Source: Stegostoma tigrinum (Eukaryota). Taken from it: a DNA stretch of 64,000 nt. The stretch spans positions 110,001,723 to 110,065,722 of the forward strand of contig NC_081356.1 in NCBI RefSeq assembly GCF_030684315.1, written 5' to 3'. Below the pieces are notes generated by a model. The model searched no databases and was not told where the DNA came from. It was given only the letters and a program-made list of their open reading frames with translations. A program made the position numbers and the translations under genes. Shown piece after piece: positions 54,226 through 64,000 of this stretch (positions within the stretch are counted from its first letter, which is position 1; the number at the start of each line of letters is the position of its first letter).

Positions 54226-55063
54226 TTACCCTGCTATACAAATCGCTGCCTGGAAACAGACTTAGGAGGTAGATTCAAACATCAGTGCAACTTCAAATGT
54301 CTGCACCAAATACAGAGGGCTTTCAGTAGAACTAAAGGTTATAAAATACAAGGTAACATTTGAATACATATAATCAGTTAGTTTCAGAAGAGTCACTCCT
54401 CTTATAAGGGAAGAAGCGCTGAAAGTACTAGAGAGTTGGTATGACCGTCACTGTTTCCAATTTACCATGACCTTGACACAAACCCAAACTGACATACAAC
54501 AATAGGCAATGAAATCAGAAGAGGCAAACGTAAATTAGAAAATAACCTGGTCAAAATATGTATGATGCCAAAAATTAGCAGGTAATAATTAGTATTAGTG
54601 TAAAGTAGGTAGGGATTATATCGTTAATAGTATTAAACATTTAAAAGTCTTAGTTTGAGATTGAACGTTCAATATGCCATTAAAAAAAAGGGTCCAAAAG
54701 AGGTTTCAGTTACATAAACAACATTGCAGAATATGGAACAGAAAAGTCATTAACTGGATAGAATGCTGTTCAGGAACATCTAGAATTCAATGCCCAGTGC
54801 AGGTAATAAAGACGCAAGAATGGTATTCATAGCCTACAAAGTGAAACAAGGTTGATTTCTAATCTTTGAACTCTGTACAAGTTAATGTGGAGAATCAGCA
54901 GCTCTTCGGTACATTGGTCCTGTGACAAGATGTGCCTTTGAGAGGGATTTGTTCCACCAATTGGCAAGGAAGGGCTGTGAACTAGGTAACATCAATTAAC
55001 ACGACTGGTGAAAGAACTAACTATGGTGCCTTTGTTTATATATAGGCAATAGTTTACAGATAG

Positions 55064-55305
55064 AAACCGAAAGAACTGCAGGTGCTGTAAATCAGGAACA
55101 AAATCAGAAGTTGCTGGAAAAGCTTGGTGGGTCTGGCAGCATCTGGGAATAAAAAAAAATCAGTTAATGTTTTGGGTCCGGTTCTAAGGAAGGGTAACCA
55201 TACTGAAACGTTAACAATATTTCACCACGCCCAACAGATGCTGCCAGACCCATTGAGCTTTTCCAGCTATTTCTGATTTTGTTTGATTTACAGTTCTTTC
55301 GGTTT
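55064..55305. mobile_element. Second-family Penelope-like fold-back element
   Basis: aaaccgaaagaactg / cagttctttcggttt termini, gggtctggcagcatctg / cagatgctgccagaccc arms, gaaacgtt core. Confidence 0.75.
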
Positions 55306-56812
55306 TTAAGATCAAGTGCAGACTGGGTGACTGCTTTGTGAAACAGTTCAGTTTTGTCCATTAGAACAACTCCAACCCTCCAGTTGCTACTCATTTCAAT
55401 TCAACACATTGCTCTCACGTGAACACTTCTGATCTAGGTTTGCTTCAGTGTTCAAATGAAGTTCAACACTAGCTAGCTAGACAAACAGCACTTCATTTCA
55501 TGCTTTAGTAATTTACAGCCTCAGGAGTCAATGCTGAGTTTGACAAGTCAGAGCACGAATACTGTCCCCTACTTTAGTTACCACCCCTTGTTCTGCTCTG
55601 TACTTCCTCCTCCTCCCATCATCATTTCCGGAATCACAAGTATTTTTGTCTACAATTCACACTTAACATTAAGACCTATCTTGCAGCTGTATCTTTATTT
55701 TCATCAGCATTCCCTTTGGTCGTTTTCTCTGGGTCCCCTCACCATTCCATCTATTTGCTCCTCCCTCTGTCAACAGCATATAAAAAATTATTTCCCACCT
55801 TTAGTTGTGAGGTTGTCAATTAACTTGAAACATTAACTGTTACTCTCCAGACATTGATTTTCTCAAGCACTTTCTGCAGAATTTCACATCAACCACAATT
55901 AAAAAGTACACAGGAAAATAATATCCTTAACAAAAGTTAAATGAGCTTAAAGTGTACATAGCTTTAAAAAAATGCTTTTTAGAAAGGAGATAAAGGAGGC
56001 AAATATCTTTTGCGTTAGTGAAAAGCCCAAAAGATGATCCACAGTAAAGGAGTCATAGTCCTACCACATTATAGGGGTGCACTCAAACAAGAGAGACAAC
56101 TGTGGTTTAACTTGACAGTTGCCAACTCTCAGTTGAGAAGGAGTGTCCTTCGTGGTAACCTCAGTTAATGCAGTAATTGAGCCCTTGCTATTGGAATCAC
56201 TTTACATTACAAAACCAGTTATCTGGCCAACTTAGCTAACCAGTCCCTAATGTACAATCGTAAGAAACTATGGGATACCAGTGATAAATAAACAATGAGC
56301 AGACACTTCTTAATTCTAACAGGTAATTTAGTGCTGTGCCATCTAGAGCCTCTAAAAAAACACTCCATATCTGAAGTAGTAGTAATATTTTAACATGCTG
56401 GCATTTTATTTAGAAGACTGTCAACATAAAAGGAAGAGATACACAAACAGTGCTCGAAAGTTACTGCAATCATACATCAGAAATAATTCTTAGTCACATC
56501 TGCACTGACTTATTCAAAGTGCCCAATGATAATCTTATCCATGAAATGTAAAGCTTTTCCAAGGAAAAAATAACCAGAACTTTCTTTCTGCCACACATGG
56601 TGATTTTCTCTGGCATGCAATTAATCCCGCCAGAAGGCAAACTATGCTTCCACAAACTATCCTTGCCAATTTAAACAAAAGGTTCAAGCATAGGAACACA
56701 CATGTACGTACATGCAAGCAAAAGCTGGAGAAATGCAGCCGACAAAGTTTCCAAATTAACTAGAAAACCTAACAAAGTACAATTAAGGAGAAAAAAAAAT
56801 CTGCTTTAAACT

Positions 56813-57039
56813 AAGTGTAGAGCTGGATGAACACAGCAGGCCAAGCAGCATCTTAAGAGCACAAAATCTGATGTTTCGGGCCTAGACCCTTCATCAGAAA
56901 AAACTGTTTTATCTGATGAAGGGTCTAGGCCCGAAACATCAGCTTTTGTGCTCTTAAGATGCTGCTTGGCCTGCTGTGTTCATCCAGCTCCACACTTTGT
57001 TATCTCAGATTCTCCAGCATCTGCAGTTCCCATTATCTC
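56813..57039. mobile_element. Near-perfect Penelope-derived hairpin (about 85 bp arms) with hammerhead motifs on both strands
   Basis: 56813-56898 inverts 56912-56997; cores at 56868-56897 (-) and 56913-56942 (+); tttaaact flanks both sides. Confidence 0.9.
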
Positions 57040-58197
57040 TATTTTAAACTGCCAGCTCTTCAGAGCTAACTTAACAGCAATTAGGAACTGCCCCTCTAAG
57101 CTTTTATAGATTAATAAAGCCACCGTTTGTTCAATAAAAACAATGCTGGAGAAACTCAGCAGATTTGCTATCATTTACGGAGCAAAACGAAGTTAATGTT
57201 TTCAACACTTGATATGATGGCTTTTCTGGCACAATATGTTAACTTTGCACCCGTCAACAGATGCTGTTAAAGCTAAATATTTTTCAGCACCTGCAATATT
57301 GTACTTTACTACCAGGAGGAGTTAAAAGCACAAATGGCATCATTGTGTTCTAACAACTTGTGACTATAACTACTGGTATATGTACAATAAATAACTGTCA
57401 GAATTGGGTTGAGTATAACAATGGTAATCCAATGCAAGTAGGGCTAAAACTTGGTGGCACCATGTCTTGCCAGGGGACAAAGGGAACATTATTATTTTTT
57501 GTACAACAGCACACTCGGGAATCTTATTACTTTCAAATACTGCACGTAGATTATTGTCCCCCTACAACAGTGTTCGTGTAAATTTCAGAGTTTAGCTGGT
57601 TACATGTCATACAAATGAAACATTTTTTCCTGGGTTTAAAACAAAGCAAAGACCAAATGTTCATGTAATCTGGGCCAAAAGATAAGTTACTTTTCTATCT
57701 CCTAGGAGATAGGAGTCTAGAACTAACATTAGTACATCTGAATGCTTAGTGGAACCTTGAGTGCGCTGCAATGCTATCTAATACATTAAATCACTAACAT
57801 CATGTGACCCAAAAAATTTAGCATGAGCAGTAATAACATTTCACCAAACGCATGTACTTGCATTCTAACATTTTAGTATGTTGGTTGCCAACACTGTAGG
57901 ATAAAGAGCAGAGAGCAAGTTTGAAATTAGCGCTTGCCTCCTTTGAATGTTAAGTAAGTACATGTAAATTTAACTATATTCTATGAGCATATGGAAAATA
58001 TTTACTGCCAAAATTAATATGTGACTAAAATTATGCTGCTATAGAAACACCTCTGGCTAGTTAGTGATTTCTTTTGGACAACAGTGGCACAAGGGTCACT
58101 CGACAAGAAATGTTAACTCTCATATCTCTCCACCAATGCTGCCATACTTGAACTTTTCCAGCAATTTCTGTTTCTGCTACTGACATTATGGTTCACT

Positions 58198-59546
58198 TAG
58201 AACATAGAAAAGTACAGCACAGTACAGGCCCTTCAGCCCACGATGTTGTGCCGTGGAATAATCCAAATCCAAAAATAAAATAACCTAACCTACATTCCCC
58301 TCAATTCACTGCTGTCCATGTGCATGTCCAGCAGTCGCTTAAATGTCACTAATTACTCTGCTTCCACCATTACCACTGCTAAACTATTCCATGCACTCTC
58401 AACTCTCTGGGTGAAGAACCTCCCTCTGATGTCTCCTCTATACCTTCCTCCTAACACCTTAAAACTATGACCCCTCAAGGCAGTCAATCCTGCCCTGGGG
58501 AAAAGTCTCTGACTATCGACTCTATCCATGCCTCTCATTACCTTGTACAGCTCGATCAGGTCACCTCTCTTCCTCCTCCTCTCCAGAGAGAAAAGTCCGA
58601 GCTCAGTCAACCTCTCCTCGTAAGACAAGCCCTCCAGTCCAGGCAGCATCTTGGTAAGCCTCCTTTGCACCCTCTCCAAAGCCTCCACATCTTTCCTATA
58701 ACAGGGTGACCAGAACTGGGCACAATATTCCAAGTGTGGTCTCACCAGGGTTTTGTAAAGCTGCAGCATAACCTCACAGCTCTTAAACTCGATCCGCCTG
58801 TTAATGAAAGCCAAAACACCATGTGCTTTCTTAACAACCTTATCCACCTGGGAGGCAACTTTGAGGGAGCTATGCACTTGAACACCAAGATCCCGCTGTT
58901 CCTCCACAGTGCTGAGATTCCTATATTCAGCATTTAAGTTCGACCTTCCAAAATGCATCACTTCGCATTTATCCAGGTTGAACTCCATCTGCCATTTCTC
59001 AGCCCAGCACTGCATTCTGTCAATGTCTCGCTGAAGCCTGCAATAGCCCTTGATACTATCAACAGCACCTCCAACCTTTGTGTCATCAGCAAACATACTA
59101 ACCCACTCCTCAATCTCCTCATCCAAGTCATTTATAAAAACTACAAAGAGCTGAGGCCCAAGAACAGAGCCCTGCGGGACACCACTCAGCATTGACCTCC
59201 AGGCAGAATACTTACCATCTACAACCACACTCTGCTTCCTGTCAGTCAACTAATTCTGAATCCAGACAGCCAAATCATCCTGTATCCCACACCTCCTGAC
59301 TTTATGAATGAGCCTGCCGGGGGGACCTTATCAAATGCCTTGCTGAAGTCCATGTACACCACATCCACTGCTTGACCCTCGTCAACTTGTCTCGTGACTT
59401 CCTCAAAGAACTCAGTAAGATTTGTAAGGCATGACCTGCCCCTCACAAAGCCATGCTGATTCCCTTTAATCATGCTATGCTTTTCCAAATAGTCATAAAT
59501 CCTATCCCTCAGAATTCTTTCCAAAACCTTGCTGACCACAGACGCA
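58198..59546 (-). mobile_element. CR1 LINE RT region, young, 5'-truncated
   Basis: 298-aa ORF with [14 protein letters not shown] and LVRPHLEYC; upstream QHGFVRGRSCLTNL and DFSKAFD; 3' tail. Confidence 0.96.
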
Positions 59547-61166
59547 AGACATTTCACATTGCTGCTATATTGGCATCCCCAAATCCTCAATTATAGCCTT
59601 CAGTAATGTGCAAGTGTTGACACATTACCTTGCTTGAGTTTGAATATTAACGCACTTGTATAAATGAAAAGTATTAAAATCTGAAATAAGAGTAAAAAGT
59701 GCTGCAAATGCAAATCACTTAGTATCTCAGAAAATCAGGTCAATGTCTGATATGCATCCTTCACCAGACTGAAAAATAAATTATGGAGAGTATAGAAAAG
59801 GAGAGAAGTGCTTCTCTGATACAGGGAATTAATGAGTTGAATAAATCAAATTATTTTGAAAAGAGAGACATGATAAATATTACACTCCCTAAAAGCAAGG
59901 GAGATATATTCAAAGAATGCACAATTTCCTATGACAATTTTTTCATACTTTAGTTGCACAGTTGTAAAACTGAATGCTGGGGGAGAAGGCAGTAAGAGCA
60001 GAGAAACAAACAGAAATTGCCCATTCATCACCACTCCTAGCTGAAATCAACCTTATCAGCGGGATTTGCAGGACATTCTCATTATGGTCATATATTCTCA
60101 AATCCAGTGATAGCAATGAAAGGATGTTTTAAAATGATTTTTTTTGACATTTCTTGGCTAAAATTGGCCTTTTATAGATTAATGCGTATTTACTTCACTA
60201 CAGAAGAAAAACAGTCCATTTTGCTTCCAAATAAAATTGACAAACTTGAAGACAGTTAACTCTTCCTTACTAAGCATAATAAATAGCAAGAATTACTTTT
60301 TATAATAAGTATTGTTCCATAAAAATTGGAGACAAAGCATTGTCTCACTATTCCATCTGCCTTTTATAAGAATTTGTGGTACATAAGGTCAAATGGCCAT
60401 ATGTCAAAAGCAAGTGGGCTTTCACCAACTTCTTGGTACCATCTATATTAAAATACATGGCAGATCAAATCCTTCGAGTTAGGAGTTTCATTAGTGCACA
60501 ACGATATTTTGAAGGCTAACAAAAGAAATTACAGTGCGCCAAAGATCCTCCAACATAGAAGGAATTTCTCATTTCTTAATTCAACTGCACTGCATATTTC
60601 ATAAATTCCTTGCTAAGTAAATCAGGGAATGGACAACAGAATCTTATTTAATGGCTGCATGCCATTTTGCTTTCTTTGATTTCCAGAGCCATTAGTTTGG
60701 CACCAAGTATTCCTCTACTCCAGCCAACAGCTTCCTCTGTCCAAAATCAGTCACAAAATAAAGTAAATTAAAGAAAATTGAAATACGTAACATATCAAAA
60801 TTGCAATTATCATCACCCAGGACTTCAGCAGCACTTCCACATAAATGTTAAATATTTTATGAAGTACACAGTATAGTACACATGTAAACCTTTAAAATAC
60901 ATAAATTTTTTTTTAAAAAATCAACTTGTTTGGACATGACAAGTCTCACTTCCAGGACAGAACATCTTCTGACCAGTGGTTTGGACTGTTAAGACTATAA
61001 CGATAATGGGGTTCTTAACTGCAAATTTGAACTGAATATGTTACCAAATAGAAGCAAAACATTTGCAACACAAGGTGGCCCATTTCACCTGACCCTATCA
61101 GTACTAGATGTCTTCACTTCAACAGTGTAGCTTTGGGTATGTTGCTTCTTTGTAATTTTTTTCTTG

Positions 61167-62377
61167 GAATATAAAATTGCACAGCACTGTACAGGCCCAC
61201 TGTCCCATGATGTTGGGCCGAATTTTTGCCCTAAATCTAAAGGTCAATCTAACCTCCAACCCTACTTTATACCATCGTCCATATGCCTATCTAATAGCCG
61301 CTTAAAATGCCCCTACTGAGGCCGACTCCACTGCCCTCTCCAGCAATGCATTCCACGTCCCTACCACCCGAGTAAAGAACCTACCTCTGACGTCTCCCCT
61401 ATATCTACCTCCACTCACTTTAAAACTATGCCACCTCGTAACAGCTACCTCCACCCGAGGAAAAAGTCTCTTGCTATCCACTCTACCTATACCTCTGATC
61501 GTTTTGTACGCATCTAGCAAGTCATCTGTCACCCTTTGTCGTTCCAAAGAGAAAAGCCTTCGCTCTCTTTCTCAACTTTTCCTCATAAGACCTTCTCTCC
61601 ATTCCAGGCAACATCCTGGTAAATCTTCTCTGCACCTTTTCCAACGCTTCCACATCTTTCCCGTAATGTGACCAGAACCAGATAGACAATACTCCAGATG
61701 TGGCGAAACCAGGCTTTTCTATAGCTGGAGCACAACTTCACTGCTTCTGAACTCAATCCTCCATTAAAGAAAGAGAATGCACCATCCTTAACAACTCTAT
61801 CCACTTGGGTGGCAGCTTTCAGGGAACTGCAGACATGAACCCAGAGATTCCACTGCTCCTCCAGACTGCCAAGAATCTGTTAACCCTATGTTCTGCTTTC
61901 AAGTTTGTCCTTCCAAAAACAATTACCTCACTTGTCAGGGTTAAACTCCATCTGCCAGTTCTCAGCCCAGCTCTGCATCCTATCAACGTCCCTTTGCAAC
62001 CTAGAACAGTCCTCCGCACTATCCACAACTCGACCCACCTTCACATCGTCCGCGAACTTGCTAATCCACCCTTCCACTCCTACATCCAAATCATTTACAA
62101 AAATCACAACAGAAGCGGATCCAGAACAGATCCTTCTGGTACACCATTCGTATCTGAGCACCATGTTCAATATTTTCTGTCCACTACCACCTTTTGTCTA
62201 AGGGTCAGCCAATTCTGAATCCAATCTGCCACATTTCCCCCATCCCATGATTCCTTACCTTCTGCGTGAGCCTACCTTATCAAATGCCTTACTTAAATCC
62301 ATATATACCACATCCACTGCTCTACCCTCATCCATGTGTTTGGTCACCTCCTCAGAGGATTCAATAAGGTCGGTAAG
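61167..62377 (-). mobile_element. CR1 LINE fragment
   Basis: ISKFADD...WQMEFNPDK; similar to 58198-59546. Confidence 0.92.
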
Positions 62378-62929
62378 ATTTCTTCTTCAAACAAATTATC
62401 CAAGTACCTTTTAAATGAGAAGAAGCTTTGCCAATGTACAAAGAAAAAAATTACCTCAAATCTCAAAATTTTGTCAGCAAATACTAATCAATGATGTATA
62501 AAAAGGTGTTTGCTACAGTTGAGGAATTCTAAGTTTAAGAATTCCTACACCAAAGTGGCGACATGGGCCGTTAAGTCTGTACCTTTCAAACAGCAATCCT
62601 GTTAGCCTCACACATCCTATTCTTTCCTGAACCACTGATAAAATATTACAAGGTTGTATAATATTCATAGCTCAACAGTCAGTCACACCACACCATTCAG
62701 GCCACCTAATTCTTCTGAAGCCACTGAGCTGAGTTGTATACATCACTTTGATGTCAATAACTTTTTCCTATTGTTATAATGTAGGAAGACAGTCAGCTCT
62801 AGTTCTGTGCATTTTGCATTAATGTCAATCTCCTGCCTTTCTCCATAACCCTACGCATTTTTTTTAAAAAAAATCATCTGATGTCCTTTTGACTGTTTCA
62901 CTTTCCATACGCCTGCTGCCTTTGTTCTT

Positions 62930-63170
62930 CTATGCAGTTGGGCTTTCTGGTTTGTAAGGTGCACAACACCATCATCGTACTCACTGCTACAAGTATGTTC
63001 AGAAACAAAAAGTCAAGGCAGATGAATCTGTGGCTGGAAACATGGGGCAGGAAGGACGGCTTTAGGATTACTGGGATAGACTATAGGAGAGACCGCATCT
63101 TTGCAAGCTGGGTAAGCTGCCTCTGATAGAGTTCCTTGCATAGCGTTTTGCTAGCACTAGAGGGTTTAAA
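62930..63170 (+). mobile_element. CR1 ORF1 (esterase-like) remnant
   Basis: RQMNLWLETWGRKDGFR resembles the CR1 ORF1 N.WL..WC..EGF motif. Confidence 0.5.
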
Positions 63171-63280
63171 GTAAATCAGGAGTGAGAATTAGGAGAGAAC
63201 ATCAGAAAGTAACAGCAGGGTGTACAAATGCTGAGACACACAAACCACTAAAAACAGACAGCAGTAAATGATCAGGTCCA

Positions 63281-64000
63281 GATAATGAAATGTGAGGCTG
63301 GATGAACACAGCAGGCCCAGCAGCATCTCAGGAGCACAAAAGCTGACGTTTCAGGCCTAGACCCTTCATCAGAGAGGGGGATGGGGAGAGGGTTCTGGAA
63401 TAAATTGGGGGGGGGGGTGGCGGACCTAAGATGGAGAGAAAAGATGATAGGTGGAGAGGAGAGTATAGGTGGGGAGGTAGGGAGGGGATAGGTCAGTCCA
63501 GGGATGATGGATAGGTCAAGGGAGGTGGGATGAGGTTAGTAGGTAGGAGTTGGAGGTGCGGCTTGGGGTGGGAGGAAGGGATGGGTGAGAGGAAGAACAG
63601 GTTAGGGAGGCAGAGACAGGTTGGACTGGTTTTGGGATGCAGTGGGTGGAGGGGAAAAGCTGGGCTGGCTGTGTGGTGCAGTGAGTGGAGGGGACGAACT
63701 GGGCTGGTTTTGGGATGCGGTGGGGGAAGGGGAGATTTTGAAGCTGGTGAAGTCCACATCGATACCATTGGGCTGCAGGGTTCCCAAGCGGAATATGAGT
63801 TGCTGTTCCTGCAACCTTCGGGTAGCATCATTGTGGCCCTGCAGGAGGCCCATGATGGACATGTCATCTAAAGAATGGGAGGGGGAGTGGAAATGGTTTG
63901 AGGCTTGGGGACCACTTTGCAGAACACCTCCGCTCAGTGCGCAATAAACAACTGCACCTCCCAGTCGCAAACCATTTCCACTCCCCCTCCCATTCTTTAG
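63281..64000 (-). mobile_element. Penelope inverted pLTR structure running off the window end
   Basis: Minus arm 63281-63900 (RRLQEQQLIFRLGTLQPNGI; hammerhead core 63343-63372) flips to plus strand at about 63901; 63868-63900 inverts 63968-64000. Confidence 0.9.

Noticed and set aside
58353-59249. 298-aa RT ORF as a host gene or domesticated RT (also 37562-38107)
   Set aside because: Truncated, frameshifted CR1 ORF2 with a standard 3' tail.
29016-64000. SH3-encoding first coding exon of p85alpha (MSAEGYQYRALY...)
   Set aside because: No matching ORF in the track or by eye; it must lie beyond the window.

Overview
Eukaryotic, AT-rich vertebrate DNA, almost certainly from a shark (inferred from HE1-type SINEs, CR1 LINEs and Penelope-like repeats). 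The window holds the 3' two-thirds of PIK3R1 (PI3K regulatory subunit p85alpha) on the minus strand. Fourteen phase-consistent GT-AG coding exons run from the BH/RhoGAP domain (29015) through nSH2, iSH2 and cSH2 to the stop at 2732, followed by 3'UTR. The p55alpha alternative first exon lies at 13995-14100. The SH3 exon is not in the window, so 29016-64000 is one large repeat-rich intron. Most ORF-track entries are noise or retroelement fragments. The most notable signals are (i) about 14 Penelope-derived inserts, many of them tiny fold-back elements with 12-16 bp target duplications, most carrying a minimal hammerhead-ribozyme motif (CUGAUGA-stem-GAAAC-GUC) and several in pre-mRNA sense; and (ii) two candidate alternative first coding exons (34196-34253, 39489-39522) that would give SH3-less p85 isoforms. 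Repeat boundaries are approximate and human comparisons are from recall.
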